The notes beneath the pieces were generated by a model, which saw only the letters and a list, made by a program, of their open reading frames with translations, did not search any database and was not told the DNA's origin. DNA of 64,000 nucleotides from Macrostomum lignano (taxonomy: Eukaryota), in NCBI GenBank assembly GCA_002269645.1, contig NIVC01000298.1, forward strand, positions 124,001-188,000, read 5' to 3'. How positions within the stretch are numbered: the stretch's first letter is position 1; each line of letters begins with the position of its first letter. Made by a program: the position numbers and the translations under genes. This document shows, piece by piece, positions 12,070 through 25,183 of the stretch.

Positions 12070-12344
12070 ATAAATACCATTAGCTATACTTATAGATACA
12101 GGCCATTGTATGTTTGCAAACCTTTTTATAATCAATATAATGTATCATTAAGTATAATGTACTCATACAAAAACATTTTTTGTTTATTATTTCTTTGTGT
12201 TGCAACCCCTAGAAAATGGTCACATGACCCCACTAGGGGTTGCAACCCACAGGTTAAGAACAAGGACAACTTAAATAGAAAGATGGGAAACCTCATTTTT
12301 GGAAACTTTTTAAAAGGCAGTTTTTTCCAAAAATACACTGACAA

Positions 12345-12865
12345 AGATAGTAACTTTTCATTTTTTTAGCACAAAAATTGTTATTGCATTTGATAGGAGG
12401 CAGATCCAGTGTTCATCTTTTGATATGTTGTGCATTTCTTATTGCTCTATTGATATTTATAAAGCTTTTTGTTCAGAAAATTTGGATTCTATGTTAATTT
12501 TTTATTCTACTTAAATTTGCACGTGTCTTATGCTTAAAAACTATTAAAAAAGCACAGCTTGGCTTTTTGTTTTTTGAGTCTATTTATCATTCTATTTACT
12601 GTGTAACAAGTATATGTCATAGAAATGATAAAATATATTCATAAAACCAAACATTAGAGCTGTGCAATGCATTTTTATGATTTTCAAATATACAATATGT
12701 ACATAGAATAAAAATTTAACATAGAATATTAGTTTTCTGAACAAAAAGCTTTATAAATATCAATAGAACAATAAGAATGGCACAACATATCAAAAGATGA
12801 ACACTGAATTTGCCTCCTATCAAAAGCAATAACAATTTTAGTGCTGAAAAAATTAAAAGTTAAAG
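12345..12865. mobile_element. Foldback/MITE with ~150-bp inverted arms
   Basis: About 12365-12480 (gataggaggcagatccagtgttcatcttttgatatgttgtgc...) is the reverse complement of about 12735-12850. Confidence 0.7.
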
Positions 12866-14439
12866 TAAGACACTTTTTAAATCAGTTTAAAAATCATTAA
12901 AACAGTAAGAGGGCTTAGAAAAGATTGGGGGGGGGGGAATAATGAGCAGTAGATGGTATTATAGAAAATGTATAGTATTTGTGCTTAGGGCAACAATGTG
13001 TATATTTTTGATAAGTAGTAAGACAATTTTTCTATTTTGCTTATTCACTTTTAATTAATACAAGCTATTTATTTAGTGAGGTTAATATACCATGTGTCTT
13101 CTCTACTATAAATAGTTTTTTAATACCCAATGTTATAAAATAGGTTAGATTTCATTTGTTATTCTAATATACTGTGTTGCTTTTATTAATAGACTATATT
13201 TCTAAAATCAAAATTCAAATTCATGCTATTCAGCTAATTGAAGCTGTTCCTATCCTGTCCTGCTGGTGACTGCTTTATTTAACAATATGTAAGTTGTCTT
13301 TGTTTTTCTGGGCTATTATAATTCATTTAGGCACAAAATAAGATTTGACAGTCTAATGACATTTGTAGTTGTAGGTAGTCACACACAGTGCAATGCTCAG
13401 TTTACATAACTTCATATTTCTTGTATTTCATTGCATCTAATGTTGTTAAAATAACAAACTTTACCAGTTTTGAAGTTTTAATAACATCTTAAGAAATTTT
13501 TTTAGCATTTAGCCTAACAAAAAAACAATTGTCTTAATTAATTTTCAGAATTCAATCTTAAATAACATTGAAACTTGGTAAAATTTGCATCACTACTTTT
13601 CTGTTGTTGATTGATTGTTTTGTTTGTTAAAAATAGTTTTGTGCACTTGCAGTAGCTATGTTTAGTAAATGTTTAATTTAACTGGGTATTTTATTCAGAC
13701 TAATAATAATGTGAATAAAGCAGGTGCCTAAAATTATATATATGCATGCTTATTTAGAATGCTAGAATGCAGGACATGCATGCCCAACCTCAAAATTTCA
13801 CCCGTCCAGTGCAACTTAGTTTTGTCCAGATTTGCGACCTACCTATGCACCACCACACTGAAAGACCGGGGGGGGGGGGGGTAGCACGCCTGGTGCGGGC
13901 TTGTGCTTATTGAAAAATGGAAGTACCTCATTTTTCTTCCCTTTCTCCTACCCTCACTCTCTTTACCGATTGATTTATCATTCACTTATTCACTTATGGA
14001 GTATTGCAGACTGCAGTACTAAACTGCATTGTAGCCTGTACCCTGTAAGCTACACTCTACATACTCTCTACTGTATGTCTGGCAAACTAACTTGTATATG
14101 TATACTCGTGCATACTTGTATGTATACTTGTATATGTATAAATATATATAGGTATACAAGCTGTTGAAACCCGCGGATTTTGAACCCGGGGAATTCCAAT
14201 CCCCGGAACTACTTTTGCATGTATTCTGAAATCTAAGGTCATACACAAACAAAAACTTGTCAATAGTTAGTAGGTGAGAGGTAGACATAAAGTGGACACA
14301 TTCGTGTAAAATTAGGATTTGAGGCAAACATTGATATTGTTGGCTGGGGTACTGCACAGAATGTCAGGCAATGTCTGTCTGACTCTAAAACATGTATTGG
14401 CAAACTCTGGCCTCTCCCTGACTCTCCCTATGTCCCTTG

Positions 14440-15243
14440 GATCCTTTAAAATTTCTATCGTCTCTTCTGTTTCCTCTCTTCTCTCTCGTCCCTTGTCTCT
14501 CCTCTCTCTTCTCTCCTGTCTCCTCTCTTCTCTCATATCTTCCCTCATCTCTCTTCTCTTTCATCTCTCTTATCTCTTGTCTCTTCTCTCTTCTCTCCTC
14601 TCTCCTGTCTCCTCTACTTTTCGTTTTCTCTCTCCTCTCCTCTCTCCTCTCTACTCTTTCGTTTTCTCTCTCCTCTCCTCTCTCCTATCTTCTTTCGTAT
14701 CTTCCCTCATCTCTCTTCTCTTTCATATCTCTTATCTCATCTCTTCCCTTTTCTTTTCTTTTCTCTCTCCTCTCCTCTCTCCTCTCTACTCTTTCGTTTT
14801 CTCTTTCCTCTCCTCTCTCCTATCTTCTTTCGTATCTTCCCTCATCTCTCTTCTCTTTCATATCTCTTATCTCATCTCTTCCCTTTTCTTTTCTCTCTCC
14901 TCTCCTCTCTCCTCTCTACTTTTTCGTTTTCTCTCTTCTCCTCTCTCTCCTCTCTCTCCCTCTTCTCTCGTCTCTTCCTTCTCCTCTCTATTCTTTTCTC
15001 TCTTCTCTTAACTCTCTCCTCTCTCCTCTTTCCTCTCTCTCTCCTCTCTCCCCTCTTCTCTCGTCTCTTCTCTCACCTCTTTCCTCTCTCTCTTTCCTCT
15101 CATCTCTTTTCTTGTTTTATCTCTTCTCTCTCCCCTCGTCACTCGTCTCTTCCCTCACCTCTCTTCTCTCTTGTCTGCGTTTTTATCTCTCCTTTCTCTT
15201 CTTTTATCTTTTCTCTCTTATCTCTTCTCGTTTCTCTCTGCTC

Positions 15244-15292
<49 letters not shown>

Positions 15293-16080
15293 CTCCTCTC
15301 CCATCTCTCTTCTCCTCTCTACTCTCTCCCCTCTTCATTCTCCTATTTCCTCTTCTCTCTCCCTGTCTCTCCTCTCTCCTCTAGTTTCTGTAATCTCTTT
15401 TCTCTTATCTCTCCTCTGTTCTCTCTACTCTCCCATCTCTCGTTTGTTCACCCTCATCTCTGCTCTCTCATCTGTCATCTTTACTCTCTAATACGTTCTC
15501 TCACTTATCTCCTCTGTACTCTTCTCTTTCACCTCTTCTGACTCCTCTCTTTCCTTACTCCTCTCTTCTTTTCTCTTCCCTCTTCTATACTCTCTCTCCT
15601 CTATTATCTTCTCTCGTCTCTCTGCACTCTCCTCTCACCTTTTTCATCTCTCATCTCTCCTTTCATTTGTCTCATCTCTACAATCTCATCTCTCCTTTCT
15701 CCCCTCTTCTTACACCCCTCTCTTATCTCTATCTCTTCTCTTCTCACTCCTCTCTCCCCCTCTTATCTCCTCTCTTCTCTATCCTTTCTACTCTCTCCTC
15801 TCCTCTTGACCCTCTGTCATCTTCTTTCTGCTCTCTCATCTCTGCTCTCTTCTCACTCTTCTTTACTCTCCTCTCATCGATCCTCTGTCTCATCTCTCCC
15901 CTCTTCTCACCTTTACTCTTTCCTCTCCCTCCTTTCTCCCCTCCTCTCGCTTCTTCCTCCCTTCTTCTCTGCTCTCTCCTCACCACTTGTCTCTCCTCTT
16001 ATCTTCCATGTTTTCTCTTATCCCCCTCTCGCCTCTCCTCTCTTCTAATAGTCTATTCCTTCTCCTTTCCTCTCTCATCT
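14440..16080. repeat. ~1.6-kb polypyrimidine (CT/TTC) low-complexity tract with internal ~120-bp duplications
   Basis: Almost purely C/T on the + strand; source of the S/L-rich and R/E-rich artefact ORFs. Confidence 0.95.
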
Positions 16081-16789
16081 GGCCCGCACATAAGCTGGAT
16101 TCTTTATCTGGCTTTTGAAGTAAAAGTCTGCCGATCCCTGCTTCGAAAGCCAGTTTGTGGGACGTACTACTCTCATCGTTATTCTCATGCTTTGATCACG
16201 TCATCTTTCTTGCCAATTTGCAAGCCCTGAAAGGAATTTGTGTATCTTCAGCTCCACTGCAGTCTGCACCAGTCTAACAACCAAGGAAATACGCATTTCT
16301 TAGGCCATTTAAATTTCAAAGTACTTTTAAGAGAAACTTAAAATTTCCATGGTGTGCCTAATTTAGTAGGGTTGTATTTCATTGCATCGCATCGCCTTTT
16401 CATAAATCTTTCGCTTTTACAAACCATGCTGGATTGCCTCGATTTGCCAATTGCCATCCAGTGTTAAACTGCTGCAGAGTTTGCCAATACAGAAGAGGGG
16501 AGGGCAGTGGTTAGAATTTCTCACTAAACTGTTATGGCTAAACGTAGCCTCTCCACTCTCGGGGTGCAGAGAAGGCTATAAATAAAGTTATTCCAAAACA
16601 CTGTACATTTGCTATGTACATTCAGTCCTATCGCCTGACCCTTCGTCTGGCTCTGGGGGAATGAGTGAGTGAGTGGCACAAACAACAGAAAAAGCAGACA
16701 AACTTCACATGCTTACAGTTTCCGTCCTGATTGAGATACAGAGTTGAGACTTTACATTTAGACAGAGAATAAGTTAATGAAGAATTGTG

Positions 16790-17380
16790 TCAAATTTGAA
16801 GTCAATCGCTTCACGTGGAGCAAAACTGTGGCAGCCGAAAGTTAGGCATTTTAAAACATGATTCACACCCTTTGCCCAGATCGGGAAAGAGGCAGGCGGG
16901 CGGAGGTTGGGGTGGCTCAGCCGTGGCTGCCTCGCTGAAAAAAACAGCCTAACTTTAAAAGTGCACAGCGGCTTTCAGGATTAACTTTGAGACTTGAAAT
17001 TTTACACGATTGTGTCAAAATAGTTGAAAATTGTCTGTGTCAAATTTGAAGAGAATCGGTAGAAGTGGAGCGGCGCTATGGAGGATTTAGTGAAAAAATC
17101 GCGCATTTTGAGCAGTTTTTTATACTTTTAGGTAGGAAGACTTGAGTCTAGGAAATTAAAAGGTAGCCTAAGACATTCTCCGTAGTGAGTTTAGGGTGGG
17201 TGTAAAGTTTGGTGTAATTTGGTTGAGTGGTTTGGGAGTCCATAGCGATCAAAATTGTCCACACACAGACAGACAGACACACACACACACACAGACAGAC
17301 ACACACACACACACACAGACAGACACACACACACACACACACACAGAGTTTTGATTTTTATATGTAGAGATAGGTACATT
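16790..17380. mobile_element. Helitron/Helentron-derived interspersed element (HINE-like) with an internal CA/CAGA microsatellite
   Basis: Duplicated tgtcaaatttgaag..aatcg motif, short hairpin cctttgcccagatcgggaaagagg, microsatellite 17259-17345 and end ttttatatgtagagat; no protein evidence. Confidence 0.45.
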
Positions 17381-17493
17381 CTTTGAGTCATTATATACTT
17401 CACTTAAAGATAGACCTGCACCTGACTATATGAGGGCTGAGCAATAAGTTTTCGGATGTGCCCAGACAGAAATAGTTAGAGAGAAAAAAACAG

Positions 17494-18915
17494 TTACATC
17501 TTTTCAAAGTACTTTCCAGCAGATTCGATGCAAATTTTCATGCGCTCAAACCACTTGCTGAAGCAGTTGGACCAATCTGAAGCAAGCACCTCCTCCACAT
17601 GCCGGATGAAGGCCTCCACTGCAGCTTTTGGTGATCCATAGCGGATTCCACGCACCCTGTGCTTGATTTGTGGAAACACAAAACAGTCGCAGGGGGCCAG
17701 GTCGGGGCTGTAGGGTGGATGACCGAGCTCTTGAATGCGCTCTCCGGCCAGGAACTCCGCCACCTGTCGAGCCTTGTGGGCCGGGGTGTTGTCGTGATGG
17801 AGAAGGATTCCCCAAGCTCGAGTCCTTGGGCGACGCCTGGAGAGAGCGCTCAGCACTTCTGGCAGGCAAACGTTGGCGTACCAGTCACCGGTGACTGTGC
17901 GCTGCTGCACGAGTGGAACTGTGGCCAGATGACCAGTTTTCGCCACAAAAATGGCCACCATCTGCTTTGCCACGCTGCACTCTCGCCGTAGCTTGGATGG
18001 TGGGGTGCCGCCAACTGGAGTCCACTGGGCCGACTGCTGCTAAGTCTCCGGGTCGAAACTATAGATCCAGTACTCGTCACCACTGACGATATCCCAGACC
18101 GAGTTTGAGCTGCCTCCGTTGAATCTGTCGAGCATGGTGCGGCACCAGGTCACCCGAGCCTCCTGCTCCGGAGTCAGCTGATGAGGCACCCAGCGTGCAG
18201 AAATCTTGCTCAGGTTGAGCTGTGAATGCAGGATCGTCCTGATGGATCCTGATGAGATGCCCACCTTTGCCTCTATCTGGACCACAGTCACTCGGGTATC
18301 ATCCTCAACCATGGCCTGGACAGCAGCAACATTAGCCTCACATCCAGCAGGCCTCCGAGCAGCTCCAGACACTGGCTAGACCCCATCGGGGCTGGCCGCC
18401 AGTGCTGGACTGTCAGGCGTGGGGTGGAAGGTCCGTTGGCCACGGACACGAAAGCTGGAATTCCGGCCCCTCTGCTGGGGTTGACCCTGGTGGACCTGGT
18501 GGCAGGCTCACCGACATGCCCTCTGCACACTCACGCGGCGACGCGGTGGTGCAAGGCCCCTGTCCTATGGTGAGCGGGGCAATGACGGCTGGCTGTGCCA
18601 TGTTGCAGTCAGACCGTTCCCGTAGGCCCATTGACCAGGTGACCCAGCGGGGCCGGCATCAACAACAACAACAACAACAACAACAGCAGCAACATTATCC
18701 TTAGTCGTTGCGGAGACAGACCGGCCGCTGCGCTCCTCATCATCCAGACTCTGCCTGCCGCGTCAAAATTTGGCAAACCAGTCAAAAACGGTGGATCTAG
18801 AAAGTGCTTCATCCCCAAAAGCTCATCGCAATCGCTCAAGACTTTCTTGCTGCCGCAAACCACTTTTAAAATCGTAATAAATCATTGCTCTAAAAGGACT
18901 CCTATTGAGCTCCAT
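17494..18915 (-). pseudogene. Mariner transposase pseudogene (frameshifts, stop, insertion)
   Basis: MELNRSPFRAMIYYDFKSG start; TVFDWFAKF*RGR; ARWVPHQL; IVSGDEYWIY; LHHDNTPAH; PPYSPDLAPCD; C-terminal GKYFEK. Confidence 0.93.
18335..18682 (+). mobile_element. Short retroposed (non-LTR/SINE-like) insertion inside the mariner transposase
   Basis: 15-bp direct repeat acagcagcaacatta at 18320-18334 and 18683-18697; (CAA)n tail at the 3' end; GC-rich body. Confidence 0.75.
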
Positions 18916-20139
18916 TGTGAATTTGATAGATAGAGTGGCTATGCTAGCTTGGTTTGGGTGCTGCACTGCTATATATGACCAGTGTTTCTGAAACTTTACA
19001 AACATTGTACTTATATTATAATGTACTTGACACCTATGGTGTCAGATTTTGTCAGCCGCCTCTCAACTATGCACATCCAGAAACTTATTGCTCAGCCCTC
19101 GTATACTGAATCCTGCATGTGAATGGGGTGAAAAAGGCCATGAAGACTATTCTATCAACCGGTACCCCCTTTCTGCAGCTGAACAGCGAAAGCCATTGCT
19201 CTTTACACGATGGAAACTTGGTCGTGTAACTCCTGGAGAAGTTAATGATTGTTCTGGTGCGCATTGGATATTAGATTTAAATTTCCCAGCAATCTTAAGT
19301 GCAGCCTGGGGATCAGGTGATGGTGCAGCTGCCGCACATTCAAGGGAACTAGAAGCACCACCATCCCAATGTTCAGCAAACTCACACAGAGAGGGACTGT
19401 TAATGGCAGTACAAATCCAGAGGTTGTGTTTCTAATAGAGATCTATCCGTGCAGAATGCAAAAAATTGAGATTCATGGCGCAGATGCAACAACCCACGCA
19501 TATTGCTCTTCTCAAATAATTTCAGCTGAAAGAGAAGCTGTTTTTGAAATGAATGAAGAAACTATAGACGTCTTGAGACAGAATTTGTACGACAGGGCAA
19601 TGCTCATGCTGAATCTATTGCTATAGAATCTTGCCCATCAACTGATGCTGATACTGAAGCGCAGATCCAACGACCACATACAGCCATTCATTTGGACTCA
19701 GATTCGGAGACTGAGACTGATGGCCAAAGAAGTGAGAGTCCTCCAAGAAAAAGATATATAGTTATACAAACAGTTACAAATAGTTACCTAATGATATATT
19801 TCCGGATGCTTGAGAAGAGCAAACCAATAATGTACTTCTATAGATTTAAGCAACTGTCAGTCACAGAAACAAGTCAAAGCATGATATGCTAAAATATTTA
19901 TTTACTCAAGATAGTATTGTGACAGTTGTTTTGCAAGACTATAGGGCATTACAACAGATAAAGCATCTGTGATGACAGGAAGTTGAGTTGGACTTACAAG
20001 TTTGCTAAAACCATGGGCAAGAAACAATTTCTTCCAACACCATTGTGCTGCACACAAATTGGAGCCTTCTATGTATAATGCCTTCGAAAATTTGCCATGT
20101 ATACAACGCCTAGATACCTACTGCAACACCTAGAGGACA

Positions 20140-20852
20140 GGCAAAAAATCTCCCGATTGCAACTTACGAGCGTATTTCCTCCCGATTGCGACTTACTTCC
20201 TCCTAATTGTGACTTAGTTCTTCCTGATTGCTACTTAGTTCCTCCCAATTGCGACTTAGTTCCTCCCGATTGCGACTTAGTTCCTTCCGATTGCGACTTA
20301 GTTCCTTCCGATTGCTACTTACGAGCTAGTTCCTCTTGATAGCGAATTAGTTTCTCCCGATTGCGACTTAGTTCCTCCTGATTGCGACTTAGTTCCTCCC
20401 GATTGCGACTTAGTTCCTTCCGATTGCGACTTAGTTCCTTCCGATTGCTACTTACGAGCTAGTTCCTCTTGATAGCGAATTAGTTTCTCCCGATTGCGAC
20501 TTAGTTCCTCCCGATTGCGACTTACTTCCTCCCAATTGCGACTTAGTTCCTCCCGATTGCGACTTAGTTCCTCTTGATTGCGACTTAGTTCCTCCCGATT
20601 GCGACTTAGTTCCTCCCGATTGCGACTTAGTTCCTCCCGATTGCGACTTAGTTCCTCCTGATTGCGACTTAGTCCCTCCCGATTGCGACTTAGTTCCTTC
20701 CGATCGCGACTTACGAGCTAGTTCCTCTTGATAGCGAATTAGTTCCTCCTGATTGCGACTTAGTTCCTCCCGATTGCGACTTAGTTTTTCTTCATTGCGA
20801 CTTAGTTCCTCTTGATTGCGACTTAGTTTTTCTTGATTGCGACTTAGTTCCT
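20140..20852. repeat. 21-bp minisatellite (cccgattgcgacttagttcct)n, continuing at 24187-24275 beyond the LTR element
   Basis: Tandem units visible directly; they produce the GGTKSQS / PDCDLVP artefact ORFs. Confidence 0.95.
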
Positions 20853-21066
20853 TGTTACATCCGACTTCCGTTACCAACTCGAAGTCCAGGTGAATTATGG
20901 TTAGAAATCTCAAGCTTAGTAGCGGGCTCTTGCCATGCCGTTGTTAACATTCATTTCCTTTATATTTGCTCTCCTTATATTAGCTTTAGAACGCAGGGTT
21001 AACAGGGGCAGTGTCTATGGCCAATGTGTGTGAAATGAAATATACTTTATATGCGCATATACCACA
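20853..21066 (-). repeat. 3' LTR
   Basis: tgttacatccg...ataccaca; three differences seen versus the other LTR. Confidence 0.92.
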
Positions 21067-21142
21067 TATGTCTCCCCTTAGAAAATTTGTTCGTCATTGT
21101 GCAAAGAGTAAGTTTTCCTTCTCAACAAAAATTTCCGTCACA

Positions 21143-22400
21143 TCAAGTTGCAGCTCGGGGTCTCAGTCTGGTCTGAGTTAGAGGCACATCCTCATGCTTG
21201 TAGCGATGCCTCCTGGCCTGGACAGTCTCCGCACATCTAGTCTTGGTTGTCGCTCCTCCGCCTGAGTTAACTGCCTGCGACTCGCTATTGCCTTTCCCGA
21301 TTAGCTGCTCCAGTAATTCATGGGACAAAGCGGCCTTGCTCTCCGTTTGAAGTCCTGTCGAAGTAATGTGGTCCACGTGCCGTTTCCAGACCATGCGGCC
21401 TACTTTCACCAGATATGAGAGTTGTGCACGGCGTTTAAGAATTTCTCCGACGGCCCATTTGTCCTCTCCTTGCTTCCTGAAGTCGAGCACGAGCACAGAT
21501 TCTCCAGGTTCAAACTCACGGGAGCGAGCGTTAATGCCCGCTCTTAACGCTCTTTTGGCGGTCTGAACCATTCGTTCGGCTAGTCCATTCGATCTTGGAT
21601 GCCCCACCGACGTCAGAATTTGTGTGATGCGGCAGCTTCGAAGGTAGTTTTTAAATTCCTCAGCAGTGAACTGCGACCCATTGTCAGAGAGGATTTGCCT
21701 CGGATAACCATATCTCGCGAAAGTTTCCTGCAGCTTGCTGATCGTGCCATGGGCAGTCGCCGACCTCATCGGGTAAATTTCAACCCATTTGGTTGTGGCA
21801 TCGACAACGACAAGCCACATGAACCCGTAGCATGGATCAAAAAAGTCCAATTGAAGTCGAGTCCATGCCTTTTCTGGCCAGAGCAACGGCTGCAGTGGCG
21901 CCTGTGGCGGCAGGTTCCTCTGCGCTTGGCAGCCCTTGCATTTGGTTAGAGCCGTCTCGATGTCTTTATCAATCCCTGGATACCATACATGCAGCCGTGC
22001 CAGGGACTTCATGCCCACAATGCCGGGGTGCCCTTCGTGTAGCAGTTGCAGTAGCTGCTGCTTCAGTGAAACAGGGATCAACATCCTGATGCCCCAAAAA
22101 ATGACTCCATCTTCAACACTCAGCTCGTTTCGCCTCGAGTGGTAGGGCTGAAGCTCTTGTTCGCTATGTTCTGGCCACCCAAAACGACAGTATCGCAGAA
22201 CACGGGACAGATTTTCGTCCATCGCTGTTGCTCTCTTTAACTCTCCATGGTCGATTGGTTGAGCCTCTATGCGATTCTGGAACACACCATCCTCCGTGGA
22301 CTTAGTATTCTCCAGCGGCAGTCTTGACAACGCGTCCGCATTTCCATGTTCGTCTGTCCGCCTGTATCGAATCTCGAACTGATAGGCTGACAGAATCACT
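21143..22400 (-). pseudogene. Gypsy pol remnant: end of RNase H plus integrase
   Basis: ILSAYQFEIRYR, NADALSRLP, HHCC finger (LHEGHPG...CKGC), core LQLDF / SDNGSQF / SNGLAERMV; no start and no RT. Confidence 0.9.
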
Positions 22401-22446
22401 GGCTGACAGAAACATTGGCGACGAGGATTCTTCAGAAGAAGACAAA

Positions 22447-23900
22447 ATGACCGCGCCAAATACTGCTTCGAAAATCAGCACATTTGATCCGGCACGACCT
22501 GAAAGGTGGACTGTATACGAGGAGCGTCTGGAACAATACTTCATCGCTAAATCCATCACCAAAGAGGAGATTAAGCGAGCCGAGCTCATCACAGTAATTG
22601 GTGAAGACTGCTATACGTTGCTCAGAGACTTACTGTCTCCAGACTCCCTGAAGGACAAATCCTACGATGATTTAATTGAAAAGTAACGAACGAATTTCAC
22701 CCCAACGCCGAAAAGAATCGTCGAGAGATACAACTTTCATCACCGAAGCCAGCAGGAAGGCGAATCCATTGCAGAGTACGTCGCGCAGCTACGGAAGTTG
22801 GCGGCGACCTGTTCGTTTGGAGGCTTTTTATCGGAGGCGATCAGAGACAGACTGGTTTGTGGACTACGAAGCAAGCTGACACAGCAAAGGCTGCTACAGG
22901 AGGACGATGTTTCACTGGACGACGCAGTTAAAATCTCGACAGCAATCGAAATCGCAGAGAAGGGTGCAATGCAGATCCACACTGGAAGAGACATTGTCGG
23001 CCTGGCTCAGGCCAATGCGGTATATGGAAGATCATCTGCTAAGGGATCGGGACCGACGAATCCGGCCAGTTCAGACGACCGGTGCTACAGGTGCCTCTCT
23101 TCTGGGCACTGGGCGAGAAGCTGTCCCAAAAGATCGCATGTCTGCAGTCGATGCAATAAACCAGGTCATGTTGAGAAGGCGTGCAGGACGAAGCAGAAGC
23201 AGTTCAGCGGAAACCAACCGCCGCACAGCAAGAAGAAGTTCGAACCCAAGCAGAGCTACAAAGGTAGGAAAATAAAGCATCTGAGCGCAAATGGAAGCCC
23301 CGGCAGTAGTGAGGAGTCGTACGATTTCTCTGATGTCAAGAACGTCGCTGTCAATTCAAATTACGAGGCTAAACGAATGAGCGCACAGAAGGCTCGGTTC
23401 AAGCCTTTCACAGAGACACTGCAAGTCAACGGGTCTCCGATTAAATTCGAAGTGGACACCGGCGCCGAGCGCACAATTGTAAACAAATCGACAGCGGAAC
23501 TAATCCGAGTTAAACCGCGCGGCACGACCTTGGTCCTCACATCTTATTCTAACGAACAGATTCCCCTACTTGGAGAGGCTGTGGTTCAGGTTGTAATTGG
23601 CGACATTGCGACGGAGCTGCAGGTCGTCGTCACTGACGGCACAAAGCAGAACCTGCTAGGTCGCGATTGGATAACGCAGCTTGATCCCCTGGCCCGGAAA
23701 TACGCGAGAGAAGCGTCAGCAGTGGGAATTCTTTCCCTCGATGCTGATCACGAGCTCAAGACGATTTTAGAAGAAAATTCGGAATTATTCTCAGATGGTC
23801 TTGGGAAGATAAAACATTATACAGCCAGACTGCATCTCAAGGAGAACACAACTCCAAAGTTCTGTAAAGCACGACCGGTACCATTTGCTCTTAAGCCAAA
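22447..23900 (+). pseudogene. Gypsy gag plus aspartic protease (frameshift near 22685), inverted relative to the LTRs and integrase
   Basis: MTAPNT...WTVYEERLEQYF; IRDRLVCG; two CCHC knuckles (CYRCLSSGHWARSC, CSRCNKPGHVEKAC); FEVDTGA protease; ends at FCKARPVPFAL. Confidence 0.9.
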
Positions 23901-23972
23901 GCAGAAAGGCACAAAGCAGAACCTGCTAGGTCGCGATTGGATAACGCAGCTTGATCCCATCCTCGTCGCCAA

Positions 23973-24186
23973 TGTTACATCCGACTTCCGTTACCAACTC
24001 GAAGTCCAGGTGAATTATGGTTAGAAATCTCAAGCTTGGTAGCGGACTCTTGCCATGCCGATGTTAACATTCATTTCCTTTATATTTGCTCTCCTTATAT
24101 TAGCTTTAGAACGCAGGGTTAACAGGGGCAGTGTCTATGGCCAATGTGTGTGAAATGAAATATACTTTATATGCGCATATACCACA
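23973..24186 (-). repeat. 5' LTR
   Basis: Direct repeat of 20853-21066, followed by TSD ttcct. Confidence 0.92.
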
Positions 24187-25048
24187 TTCCTCTGGATTGC
24201 GACTTAGTTCCTCTTGATTGCGACTTAGTTCATCCTAATTGCGACTTAGTTCCTCCTAATTGCGACTTAGTTCCTCCTTTCTCTTTTTCTCTCCTCTTTC
24301 TCTCTCTCTCTCTTCTTCCTCCTTTCTTTTCCTTTTCTCTTCCTCTCCTTTCTTCCCCCAATTTTTCGTTTTCCCATTTTCGATTTTGCGACTTACCTTG
24401 GCCGGCGGCCATTTCACCCGTCCGGTTCGGACGGGTGTTGGGCATGTATGCTGCAGAATATTCATATACTGATAACCTCTGCTTTATATACCTCAATTAT
24501 AACTTATTAATAAAAAATCAAATAATTTCCAAAAAATGTTTTGCACAAAAATGTGAATATTAACCTGTATGTAAGTGGGACTGTCACATTTTTACTGTGA
24601 CCATTTTGTGACACTCAAATGTGACAGTCAAATAGATCGTCCCTCATGTGACCATCAATGTGACCCTAGTGTGTTTGGTTAGTGTAAGTAAAGCAAAAGT
24701 CAATAAACTAACAACTTAGTAGAGAATTTCTTCCATCAAATTTTCAATCAAAAGGTGGTATCATTAGACATGCTAATTACGAGTTATTAATTTCCATGAT
24801 TATGGAGTCAATGTATTTCCACATCATATTTCTATACTAACCCAGCAACAATCCTGGTAATGACAATCCAATAGTCATTCACTATTTCACTGTCGTGGCA
24901 TCCCGCTTGGAGACCCTTTCATAAACCTAAATTTCTGTATTTAATAGCAGCTTCACTGTTGTCGCATGTCGAGGCTGATGAAGCTGATCTACGATGTTGA
25001 CGAATTTGAAAGTCTGCTTTGTTGAGTAGACCATTTGTCACTGCCTGT

Positions 25049-25183
25049 ACGACAATCCCGCAGGCTCGGATGTAGACAGCAGTAATGACAGCTCCGACTG
25101 TAGCGACAATACTGTTGCACAGGCGGTGGCTCAGACGAAGCTGTCGTTACTGCTGTCGGCGTCTGGGCCTGCAGGATTGTCGC
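25049..25183. repeat. ~135-bp hairpin with 45-bp imperfect inverted arms
   Basis: acgacaatcccgcaggctcggatgtagacagcagtaatgacagct pairs with agctgtcgttactgctgtcggcgtctgggcctgcaggattgtcgc. Confidence 0.75.

Larger units (their letters stand above)
17429..19103 (-). mobile_element. Mariner (DD34D) transposon, inactive
   Basis: TIRs ta(t/c)gagggctgagcaataagttt at about 17429-17451 and 19081-19103, flanked by TA on both sides. Confidence 0.93.
20853..24186 (-). mobile_element. Gypsy/Ty3 LTR retrotransposon, internally deleted and rearranged
   Basis: 214-bp LTRs (TG...CA) at 20853-21066 and 23973-24186; 5-bp TSD ttcct; PBS tggcgacgagg on the - strand next to the right LTR; purine tract aaggggag on the - strand next to the left LTR. 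Confidence 0.93.

Noticed and set aside
14312-16230. Long S/L-rich and R/E-rich ORFs
   Set aside because: Translations of the CT low-complexity tract; open in several frames with no domain.
19049-19892. Short ORFs right of the mariner
   Set aside because: No recognisable motifs or consistent exon structure.
20097-20913. PDCDLVP / GGTKSQS repeat ORFs
   Set aside because: Frames of the 21-bp minisatellite; no start context or flanking domain.
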